Below the pieces are notes generated by a model, which did not search any database, was not told the DNA's origin, and worked only from the letters and a program-made list of their open reading frames with translations. The position numbers and the translations under genes are program-made. 64,000 nt of DNA, from NCBI GenBank assembly GCA_030704615.1, contig CM060732.1, forward strand, positions 66,278,001 through 66,342,000, given 5' to 3'. Shown here in pieces: positions 35,755 through 46,169 of the stretch (positions within the stretch are counted from its first letter, which is position 1; each line of letters opens with the position of its first letter). The DNA is from Takakia lepidozioides (lineage: Eukaryota > Plantae > Bryophyta).

Positions 35755-37764
35755 ATGGCAGCAGCGGTTGAGTCAGACACTTCCACCATGACCACTTCTT
35801 TTCAAAGCGGACCAGGAGAGGGGGTGCACATGGACTCTTGTAGCACTTGTGGTGATGTGAGAGCACTATGTAAGGCAGGACAACTGAAAGAGGCGCTTCA
35901 CATCTTGAACAAACAAGGCATTTTGGCTGATTCCAATACTTATGTTTGTCTCTTGCGGCAGTGCATTAAAACCAGTGACCTTGAAATGGGAAAGCGAGTG
36001 CATGTCCACATCATCCAAAGTGGATTCCAGCCAAAGTTCTTTCTACTCAATACTCTTGTCAATATGTATGCAAAGTGCGGGAGCATGGTGGATGCACGCC
36101 ATGTGTTTGACAAAATGCGTAAACGAGAGGTTTGTACGTGGACTATAATGATTGGAGGATATGCAAGGCATGGGTGTGGTAGGGAGGCTCTCAAGATGTA
36201 CAAAAAAATGATACAGGAAGGTGTGATGCCTGACAAAATCACATTTATTTGTGTGCTCAAGGCAAGTGCCAACCTAGGAGTCTTGGAAAAGGGGAAAGAG
36301 GTCCATGCTGACATCCTCAAAGCTGGAATTGTGCCAGATATCATGCTAGAGACTGCTCTTGCTGACATGTATGCCAAATGCGGGAGCGTAAAGGATGCAC
36401 GTCAAGTGTTCGACAATATGGCTGGACAAGATGTGGTCTCATGGAATGCGATGATAGCAGGATACGCTCAGCATGGGTGTGGTAGGGACGCTCTTGAAAT
36501 GTATGAACGAATGATGCACGAAGGGGTGATGCCTGACAAGGTCACATTTATTTGTGTTTTGAATGCCTGTGCTAGTCTGGCATCCCTGGATGAAGGCAGA
36601 AAGGTCCATGCTGCCATCATCAGAGCAGGAATTGCACCAGATATCATTCTGGAGACTGCCCTTGTAGACATGTATGCCAAATGCGGGAGCAGAGAGAATG
36701 CACTCGAAGTGTTTGACAAGATGGCTGTACGAAATGTGGCCTCATGGAATGCAATGATAGCAGGATATGCTATGCATGGATGTGGTAGGGAGGCTTTCGA
36801 GATGTATGAAAAAATGATGGGGGAAGGAGTGATGCCTGACAAGGTCACATTCAATAGTTTGCTGAATGCATGTGCCAGCCTGGCAGCCCTGGAAAAGGGC
36901 AAAGCGGTACATTCTGACATGGCTAAATCTGGAATTGCTCCAGATATTATTTTGGAGACTGCCCTTGCTTCCATGTATTCCAGATGTGGGAGTTTGAGGG
37001 ATGCACGTCAAGTGTTTGACAATATGACTGAACGAGATGTTGTCTCCTGGAGTGCGATGGTTACAGGATATGCTGAACATGGTTGTGGTAGGGAGGCCTT
37101 TGAGTTGTATGAGCAAATGATGCAGGAGGGGTTGATGCCCAACAAGGTCACGTTCATTTCCGTCCTCAATGCATGTGCCAGCATGGCAGGGCTGCAAAAG
37201 GGAAAAGAGGTCCACAACAGCATCATTGAAGCTGGAATCCCATCAGATATTAATTTGGACAATACCCTTGTTAACATGTATGCCAAATGCGGGAGCATAG
37301 ATCATGCTCGTCAAGTGTTCAACAATATGGTTGAACAAGATATTGTTTCATGGAATGCCATGATCACAGGATATGCTCAGAATGGTTGTGGTAGGGAGGC
37401 CCTGCAACTATTTGAACAAATGCAACAGGAAGACTTGAAGCCGGATGGTATCACCTTTCTTAGTCTTCTTTCTGCATGTAGCCATGTGGGATTAGTGGAC
37501 GAAGGCCATCACTACTTGGATTCCATGAGTCGAGACCATGGCCTCACTCCTACGGTAGAACACTATGCCTGCATGGTGGATCTTCTTGGCCGTGCAGGCT
37601 GGTTGCATGTGGCAGAGGATCTCATTAACAGACTACCAATCGAACCAGGTGCTACAGTGTGGGGGGCGTTGCTTGGAGCCTGCAGAATTCATGGCAATGT
37701 GGACGTAGCAGAACATGCAGCGAAGTCCCTTATAACGTTGGATCCACAAGATGTTCCAACATAA
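35755..37764 (+). CDS. PLS-class PPR protein ending after E1 (no E2/DYW), 669 aa
   Basis: Uninterrupted ORF with L-S-(P-L-S)x4-P2-L2-S2-E1, then a stop after LDPQDVPT. Confidence 0.88.
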   Translation: MAAAVESDTSTMTTSFQSGPGEGVHMDSCSTCGDVRALCKAGQLKEALHILNKQGILADSNTYVCLLRQCIKTSDLEMGKRVHVHIIQSGFQPKFFLLNTLVNMYAKCGSMVDARHVFDKMRKREVCTWTIMIGGYARHGCGREALKMYKKMIQEGVMPDKITFICVLKASANLGVLEKGKEVHADILKAGIVPDIMLETALADMYAKCGSVKDARQVFDNMAGQDVVSWNAMIAGYAQHGCGRDALEMYERMMHEGVMPDKVTFICVLNACASLASLDEGRKVHAAIIRAGIAPDIILETALVDMYAKCGSRENALEVFDKMAVRNVASWNAMIAGYAMHGCGREAFEMYEKMMGEGVMPDKVTFNSLLNACASLAALEKGKAVHSDMAKSGIAPDIILETALASMYSRCGSLRDARQVFDNMTERDVVSWSAMVTGYAEHGCGREAFELYEQMMQEGLMPNKVTFISVLNACASMAGLQKGKEVHNSIIEAGIPSDINLDNTLVNMYAKCGSIDHARQVFNNMVEQDIVSWNAMITGYAQNGCGREALQLFEQMQQEDLKPDGITFLSLLSACSHVGLVDEGHHYLDSMSRDHGLTPTVEHYACMVDLLGRAGWLHVAEDLINRLPIEPGATVWGALLGACRIHGNVDVAEHAAKSLITLDPQDVPT

Positions 37765-38332
37765 TTTGACAGAAGCTGGGATGATCCAGCAAAATGAGAA
37801 CAATAGTTGGACAGGCAGTTTTTGTTCAGGATGCCAACTGCTCTCACCAATCAGTGTTTGTTCTTGTGGGAATTACTGGTAAGACAAACCCCGCACATGA
37901 GAGAAAGAGTGTTGCATAAAGTAGAAATTTGAAAAATGTCATTTGCAACAAAGGAATGTGACAGAGTACTTTCTACTGAGCTGCTTTGAGAACTCAGGAA
38001 TGTACATAAAAATATCTGTGCATTGAAGTCATTGAAAATGAAACAGATGGCAGGGAAGAACAGTCCCGAAGAATTTCTGAGTTGTCCGGCACGGCACCCT
38101 GCGGCTGGAAATCCCACGCAGCCATATTCTGGGGCGGTGAACAAAATAATGTTGAGCAAGAGGACCTCCAGAAGATGAAGGGGATGATCTCATGGGACTT
38201 CTTTCGAGTAACTAGGAAACATTTCATAAATATTGGTGTTCAGACACCTGCTTTCCAGATCAAGTGGAGACGAAGCTCTGAAAGAAAGTAAGCGTGTACT
38301 GGTCTTGGTGCGCGATCTGAGATTGTAGTGGA

Positions 38333-39001
38333 TCAGACTGAGTGCTGGAAGGGGAGCGGCCGGCGCAGGGTGGCAATGGACTTGAGAGGGGTGAGCATGG
38401 GCGTCAATCCGCCGCTGGAGAAGCGCATGTCGATGTCCTCGCAGCGCAGGCCTCGGGCGGGAGCCCAGTGGAAGCTGTGCACGAGATTGCCCACAGCGAT
38501 GCACAGCAGGGAAGTGCTCAGGTTTGCACCGGGGCAGGATCTGCGGCCGACTCCGAAGGGGAATATGCGTATTTGTGGGTCCGAGAGCAGCGCCAGGTTG
38601 GAGGTCTCCCACCGCTCGGGCCTGAACACCAGAGGGTCGGGCCAGAATTTGGAGTTGATGCCCAGCTCGATGTTGCTCACCATCACTTGGGTGCCCGCGG
38701 GTATATCGTAGCCCATCACTTTGGTTTGCGACACGTCGGTAGAAGAGAGTGGAACATAAGAGAGCGACACGTCGGCATAGGTCGGGTGGGAAGAGGGAAG
38801 AGCGGCAGGAAGAGGTACGAGCGGCAGGCACCCTACCCTACCGACACATTTTTTCCACTGGCGGTCCAGATATTTGGCACATATTCTCTTCCACGAATAC
38901 GAGTGATCGGCACCCTACCGAGGTAGGAGGTCTCGTGCGTGGTACCCCGAATGGACCGGAAGGGTGCAGGCGGAAGATCTCCTTGATAACGCACTTGAGG
39001 T
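38333..39001 (-). pseudogene. Truncated duplicate of the CYP last exon, interrupted by a ~200-bp insertion (38731-38930)
   Basis: Near-identical to 55501-55973 (RPERW, FGVGRRSCPG). The 5' part of the gene is missing. Confidence 0.92.
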
Positions 39002-39429
39002 ATTATTATTAAACGTAAAAACCTAGCTAGTGTAGTTTGGGTGGGCTTTAAATAGCATAAAATCACGTAACACCGTGGAGCCCATGGCCTGGGGTCCGTA
39101 ATCTCAGATTATGGGCAAATAGGCATGTAGTTTTCTTTTCACCCGTCTACAATGCAGTTTTTACGCTGTAACTCGGGCTTTACGTGATTCAAGATTCCCA
39201 CGCTCTGGGGACTATGGAATCTTGAATCGCTTAAAGCCCTCGTTGCAGGACTTTACCTAATACTCAATAACGGCCGGATGCATACTCAGATCCGTTGTTT
39301 GACGGTCATGTGGTAATACCCGGAACTAGAGGATATCTGTTAGCGGAATCAAACCTACCTCCTATCTTAGGGGGTTGGTATCCTCTGAGCAGAGTGTGAG
39401 CATGCTCACATCAGCACAACCCACGGTCA

Positions 39430-39600
39430 TTCCAGCGACCGAAGGTCGAGAGCTAGTCTAGCGTAAAGCAGATATAGGGTGCCATAGTGCCACGCCTTCG
39501 TCGCCACGCCATCGTAGACACGCCTTCGTCGCCACGTCATCGTAGACACGCCATCGTCGTCACGCCACGTCATCGTCGTAATTTCCTCAACGGGCGTACG
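39430..39600 (+). mobile_element. Helitron/Helentron-like non-autonomous repeat end (hairpin, CTAG, cgtc-rich tract)
   Basis: cgaccgaaggtcg hairpin, gctagt, then tagggtgccatagtgccac. Homologous to 42795-42915. Confidence 0.4.
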
Positions 39601-40394
39601 TGGCGGAGCACTTGGGGCATGGGTGTGTGTGTCTTCTTCTTGACAAACTACATTTCAAGTACAAAAACCTGAAAGACGCAGCTCACGCGAGTTGTGTGTA
39701 GACTTGCCGAAGTTTTGTTATGATCTAGGGAGAGAGACTGCAGGCGAATTTTTTCACATTCTTTTGACATTCAACGTTATCACTTTGATTCCGGACCATC
39801 TCTTTTTTCGGGGCTGTCTTCGCATGGGCTTCAGGCCAACCCCTTGGCACAGGTAATAGAGAATGTTGAGATGCAACTACTTTTGCTTACATCGTTTCTA
39901 TTGAAATGCAATCATTACTTCTACACAAGTTATCAGTGAGGCCTGAATAGGTCTGGTGACCACAGATATGATCCTTGATGGCAGCTTTCCTGATATATAC
40001 TAGCAATTAAAGATCTTAGTACTCGTAGTAAGCAATGGAGGTTGGCAGGGTTTTGATGCATTGGGAGAGACAGTGGATTGTTTGAATACGATTCATGGAT
40101 GGTTCATGTTCCCGGGGGCAGTTTCTCTCACGCATCGGTCCCACCGACTTTTACACGGTACAGTAATGTTTTACGCTGATGTCCGCAACAGAAGCACACA
40201 TGCTGCACCTGGGATGCTTACACACTGCATTGTTGAGTCTAAACCATCAAAGCAGCCCATCTGGGAGTCCAGAATCCACTGCTTTGTCCGACCCATAATT
40301 GTCCACATCTGCCCAACCTTTGCTTTTAAGTAGGAGTTTATGGTAGTCATGGATATGAGAGAGAAAGACAGTGCCAGATTTCTTTCTGGAGAAT

Positions 40395-42195
40395 AAACTT
40401 GTTGACATGTATTCCAAATGCCAAAGCATGAAGCGAGCACATCAAGTGTTTGACAATATGTTTCGCTGAGATGTGGTCTCATGGAGTGCAATGATAGCAG
40501 GATATGCTCAGCAAGGGTTTGGTAGGGAGGCTTTTGAGCTCTATGAGCAAATGATATCAGAAGGGATGAAGCCCAACAAGGTAACATTCATATGTGTTCT
40601 AAATGCATGTGCCAGTTTAGGAGCCCTCGAAAAGGGCAAAGTGTTACGTGCTGACATCATCAAAACTGGAATTGTGTCATATGTTAATTTGGAGAACACC
40701 CTTGTTGATATGTATGCCAAATACAGGAGCATGAAGGATGCATGTCAAGTGTTTGACAGAATGGCTCAACGAGATGTGGTCTCATGGAACGCCATGATTG
40801 GAGGATATACTGAGCATAGGTGTGGTACAGAGGCTTTCAAGATGAAGCGGGAAATGCAAGAGGGGGTGGTGCCAAATAGGGCCACATTTGTCTCCCTTCT
40901 CAAAGCCTATGCTAGTCTAGGAGCCCTGGAAAAGGGCAAAGCTGTCCATGCTGACATTAGCAAAAGTGGAATTGCTCCAGATATTATTCTCGGGGGGGGG
41001 GGGGGGGGGGGGGGGGCTTGCTGACATGTATGCCAAATGTGGGAGGATGAAGGCTGCACATTAAGTGTTTGACAATATGGCTCAACCAAATGTGGTCTCA
41101 TGGACTTGATTGCAGAATATGCTCAGCATGGGTGTGGGTGGGGGGCCCTCCAACTCTATGAGCAAATGCAAGCGGAAGGGGTCTGACATGGTCACATTCA
41201 ATGGCCTTGTCAATGCATGTGCCAGCCTGGGAACCAAGGGGAAAAAGTACATGCTGACATCATCAAAGCTGGGATATTGACACAGATATCTTTCTGGAGA
41301 CTACCCTTGTGGTCATGTATGCAATTAGACAGGATGACACCCAGTACTGCACACTTTCCATGGCCGCCATTTGTCATGATCACAGATGAAAAGAATCCCA
41401 ACATTGCCTTAAGTATTACTCCTCGCATGGTGGACCAAGTTTTGGGGACACAGAGCCTCAGCCATGATGATTTCAAGAGCGGTTCAAAAGTGAAGTTCTG
41501 CTATTTCAGAAACTCCATGCGTTGAGACACATGGAGAAAGACTGCCATCATGCTAGAGACATGGAGTGGAGTAAGCTCAGACCCTAAAGTTTTGATTTAG
41601 TTGTCCTGTCCTGGCACCTAAGGCAGAACTGTTTCTTTTGTAGATTTCCACTATTGATGGCTCCCACGTTGAGAACACTTGGAAGTGTGTTTTGATATCA
41701 TGACACATTGAGCTGCAAAGGTGTTTGTTGTGATACCTCTTTTGCAGCTGTACAGAAGTTCAACAGGGGCTTGCACAGTCAAATGAGATTCTTGCTCACT
41801 GGGTCTTGTGATGCAGGACCCAGAATTTTTCGGCCATGCAGGCTGGTTGGATGAGGCAGAGGACTTCATTTGCAACATGCCAATTGAACCAGACAACTTG
41901 GTGTGGAGGGCTTTCCTTGGTGCCTAAATTTTTTTTGATGATATGGCATCTCAAATTGGATCCACAGGATGCTGCCGCTTATGTGCTGCTATCAAATGAT
42001 AAGCTTCGACTGGACAGTGGATGGTAAAGCAAAGATGAAAAAAATAATGGCTAGAAAGGGGTCAAGGCACGTCTCCACAATGAGAGGTATACATTGGTTG
42101 TGGCAGACACTGCGTCCACAAATTGAAGAAATCCACGCTGAGCTGGACAGATTGTCTGGGCAGATGAAGGAGGCTGGGTAGGTGCCTGACACAGT
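40395..42195 (+). pseudogene. Degenerate PLS-E PPR relic with insertions and a poly-G run
   Basis: VSWSAMIAGYAQQG, NTLVDMYAK, LDPQDAAAYVLLSN and [22 protein letters not shown] occur in broken frames. Confidence 0.85.
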
Positions 42196-42757
42196 TTGGC
42201 CTCTCTATGTCATAAAATGGTCTAGGAATGTTTTTTTTTTCAGTTCATAAAAACAAACAACATCATTCATCCCCAGACAGATTATGAAACCCTCAATCTA
42301 TTATCATTCATCTAATGTCTTGTGAAAAGACGAAGTAAAGTTCAGCGTCTGATTGAAGCTAGGGCAGCTTAGGTGCCTCTCACAGAAAAGTCTAAGGTTG
42401 CCAGACTTCAGACATAACCCGAATCTCTTGTCATTACCACCATGGTAGTTTGACTTTATTCCAGTGTATAGCTTGTTCCACTCTAATTCTTCTGGGACCT
42501 AGCTGTTTGACATCTTTGCGGATAGGTAGCACCTTGCCCACAATTCTTTGTTGGTTTTCAAATTGCAGCACTCTTTGGAGAAATAAAAAATATATCATAT
42601 AAACAACATTCATACAAATTTGCTTGCCATTGTATCAAAACAAGCCGTGCAGGACTTCATTACACCGGTCAAATAAATATGGAATAAAATGAATGTTTGT
42701 CATGTCATAAAAGTTGAATATACCCCATTTATCTTGACATTGTTCTCAGAAGTTGTC

Positions 42758-42915
42758 ACTAGTAGTGCGGAGCAACGCGAAGCCCTAGTTCTAGGGACGG
42801 CCGAAGGTCGGAAGCTAGTTTAGCGTAGACCAGGAATAGGGTGCCATAGTGCCACATCATGCCGTCACGTTTCGTCGTTGACAGGTCATCGTAGACACGT
42901 CATCGCCGTCAAATG
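42758..42915 (+). mobile_element. Second copy of the Helitron/Helentron-like end
   Basis: ctagtagtgcggagcaacgcgaagccctag (also at ~45203-45232) followed by ccgaaggtcgg..tagggtgccatagtgccac. Confidence 0.4.
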
Positions 42916-43094
42916 TTTTTTCGACCCTGCCCGTTCTGCCCGACTATAACAAAAACCCGGGAGAGATGGTCTATACACCAGCGTCGTTGTGAGTGGGAAG
43001 GGAGGATGATGGGAGGCACGATGGTGGGACAACCGCAATCACAAGGTGTGGCTTTTTCTTAATGCACGATGTGAAGAAGTTTCCATATTCCATT

Positions 43095-43335
43095 ATGTAC
43101 ACTGCCTTGGTCGACATGTATGCCAAATGTGGCAGCATAAATGATGCACGTCAAGTGTTCGACAAAATGCGTCAACGAAATGTGGTCTCAATGTGGTCTC
43201 ATGGAATGCAGTGATCACAAGATATGCCCACTATGGGTGTGGTAGGAAGGCTTTGGAGGTCTATGAGCAATTGATGTCTGTGCTAGCCTCGCAGCCTGGG
43301 AGATGGGCAAGGAGGTTCATGCGGACATTCAAAAG
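43095..43335 (+). pseudogene. PPR fragment
   Basis: YTALVDMYAKCGSINDARQVFDKM..VSWNAVITRYAHYGCGRKAL. Confidence 0.8.
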
Positions 43336-43339
43336 GCTG

Positions 43340-43482
43340 AAATTCAGGTTGCCCACACAACGGGCGCTTACAATCCCTCTTTCCTCTCTGCGTTTGTTTG
43401 CTATTCAAAAGTAGGCTACTCGCCCTAACTTTGAATTTCCATCTAGTGCCGAAAGTGGGTAAACCCTTGAGGTCATCCATGA
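43340..43482 (-). mobile_element. Short fragment of the same LINE family
   Basis: MDDLKGLPTFGTRWKFKVRA..CKRPLCGQPE matches the 12540-12670 region. Confidence 0.8.
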
Positions 43483-44598
43483 ACTATGTCATCAGGCCCA
43501 GTACCTTAGCTGAAAGAGCAGGGATAGAGTTTGGGTCCAGATCCTACTACAAGTATGGGATTGTTTTTCTTGCATGGATTCATTGTATGCTTTATAAGGG
43601 AACATTTTCTAGTGTGATTTCAGCGCAATGATGCTTCATCTGCTATGCCTGGAAGCATTTTTCCCATAATCCTTTTCAGCAAGCACTTGGCATGTCTTCA
43701 GATCTTTGCAGTGTTGCTAATAGATTGAACCAGTGTGTGCTGGTTAAACATATTCTACAATACAGCAGCTGCTGTCACTTGCTGATGCCTGCAAGTTTTC
43801 CCATCTTCTTTAGCGATGAATTCACATGTCTTCAAGACATCTTCTTTGCTTCTGAGCTGTGGGCATGGCTGTGGTTTACAGGTATGAGGCAGCGCAGATA
43901 TTACGTAAGAGAGTGGAAGTGCTCATTTGTCTAGGATGGTATTAAGAGAAATTTTCAAAATACTGCAGTTTGCTATCTCAGTGCTGGGATGGCTGCACCC
44001 TGCATCCCCAAATACATGGGCGCCTTTGTCTGTCAGCCTTGTGAATATCTCTGAGTTTTCCAGTTTGTATCTTACCTCACCTATACCGTGTCCCCAGGTT
44101 TCTGCGTCTGCCAAGATGCCAGACATCCCTTTGCTACCCATTCCTCACAACCTAAATGTGGTGGGTGTCGCTGAGTCAAAACGTGCAGCAAACGGACACC
44201 TGGAAACTCTGGCTCCGTCCAATAATATTGCAAAAAGTATTCTGAAAAGCCTATGAACTAGGCTCGTCCAATTCGTAAGTTTGGCAACTGAGAGAGGCTA
44301 GAGGGGGTATGATATAAGTCTTATGTCTTATCCCCCGGAACTTCGAAATTGCAACAGACATCCGCCTTGACCAACAGACACTAGGCTCTTTAAAGCTCAT
44401 GGATCTCGTGTTTCCAGCAAGACACAGGGCATCAGACTTCCCACCTCCTCGCAAGCAACAGGACATCAAAGAAAATTACCTTTAGGTATCTTTATCAAAT
44501 AGGTTATTTTCCCCTCACTGAAGGGGTCTGATTTGTGAGAAGTAACTTCCGTTTTCTTTCTCTTTATCTTTTTCTTTTTTAAAGTCTTAGGTGTGTAC

Positions 44599-44929
44599 CA
44601 GTGTTGGGCGGTTATTTGATTGTCTTCATAACCGGCGGTTCCGGTCGCTTCAAATTTTAGAAAACTATTAACATGTTGTTGCGGTTATTAAATTTTTTAT
44701 GGCTAGATATAACCTGCCGGTTACGGTTAATTTCAAAAACCTCAAATAACTGCGGGTATTGGGCGGTTCTTTAAGAGGTTTTTTGCTCGGTTATTTGAAT
44801 GCGTGACCTCTGCCGATTCCTAACTGGACCGGTTACTTCATTTTTTCACCTCCGCCGGTCATATATACATATAACCGGACAGGTAACCGCCGGGTATTAG
44901 AGAGAAATTCAAATAACCGCCCAACACTG
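44599..44929. mobile_element. hAT-type MITE with perfect TIRs and 8-bp TSD
   Basis: TIR cagtgttgggcggttatttga / tcaaataaccgcccaacactg. TSD gtgtgtac at 44591-44598 and 44930-44937. Internal cggtta/taaccg subterminal motifs. Confidence 0.93.
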
Positions 44930-45269
44930 GTGTGTACCTATCGTAATGCAGCTTAGTCTTAATGGCAACCTTTATGTGCTTCCAATTGATATCAGACTTG
45001 TCAAACTCTGGGGAAGCCTAAGAGGAGGGACCAACAAGATTTCGGCTCTCTTTCCTTTCAAAAATAAAAATAATATGATAGCTCCGGCAACACTCCGCCG
45101 TTCTTCTTCCGGAAAACAATGAAATATGGGATGTATGTATGTAACACCATGGGGATGACTAGCTTTTTTTGTGAAAATTGAACATAGTTCTCAGAATTCG
45201 TCGCTAGTAGTGCGGACCAACGCAAAACCCTAGTAGGGGTTGTATGTTTTTAAACACTTTTAAGCACTT

Positions 45270-45448
45270 GAGGAGGTAGCCCAGTGGTTGGGTGTTTGTG
45301 CCTTGCATGCGCATAACCTAGGTGATCATGGGGTTCAATCCTTCAACATGTGCCTTCAGACCGTCCATTGGGCCCTCGATGGCTTGTGCGTTGAGCTATA
45401 GGCTCTGTAAATTCACTGGACGTTAAAGAAACTTTATCTTTATCTTTA
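45270..45448 (+). mobile_element. tRNA-derived SINE-like element
   Basis: A box tagcccagtgg, B box ggttcaatcc and a (tttatc)n tail. Confidence 0.55.
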
Positions 45449-45553
45449 TGTTCTTAAACCGCAATCGTAGGATTTACACGTTTTGAGGCACGGTGCATTT
45501 ATAGGGTGCAGTTGCACCAAAACGATAAACTATCTTATCTATCTTTCAATTAT

Positions 45554-45861
45554 GCATTGAGAAATTAAAATTAAGTAGTAGTTTCGGGAGTGAGAGTTTT
45601 AATTTCGCATTGAGAAATTAAATTAAGTGGTAGTTTCGGGAGTGAGAGTTTTAATTTCGCATTGAGAATTTAAATTAAGTGGTAGTTTCGGGAGTGAGAG
45701 TTTTAATTTCACATTGAGAAATGAAAATTAAGTCGTAGTTTCCGAGTGAGGGTTTTGATTTCGCATTGAGAAATTAAAATCAAGTGGTAGTTTCGAGAGT
45801 GAGAGTTTTAATTTCGCATTGAGAAATTAAAATTAGGTAGTAGTTTCAGGAGTGAGAGTTT
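45554..45861 (+). repeat. Minisatellite, 6 x 52-53 bp
   Basis: Unit gcattgagaaattaaaattaagtggtagtttcgggagtgagagttttaatttc. Confidence 0.95.
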
Positions 45862-46169
45862 CGTCTCGACAAATTATCCATGGGACGTGACAACCTTTAA
45901 GGTCTCTTGGAGTCTCAAGTCTATCATGGAAAGGGCCTAGTATCGGGTGAGCATAGCCTGAGGAAATCCAACGCCTATAGGATAACATGTTTATCATGTA
46001 TAGGGGTTACTTGTTTCTTAAGTGTAGCTATGAGGGCCTATTTGGGTAATTAAAAATAATTTCACAAATTTTTTAGTTTCTCAATTTTCGTTTCGTTGAA
46101 GGATATTCAAAAGGCATCCTAGGAATATGCGATAAATTCGCTTGTGCTCACGTGACCATGCTCACTCGC

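Noticed and set aside
35940-37298. Antisense ORFs over the PPR genes (similar ones lie over the CYP and LINE genes)
   Set aside because: Shadow ORFs of the real coding strand.
43640-44470. Short ORFs with coding-like composition
   Set aside because: No motif recognised and the frames are broken.
45554-45861. CRISPR-like array
   Set aside because: The units are contiguous with no unique spacers, the context is eukaryotic, and there are no cas genes.
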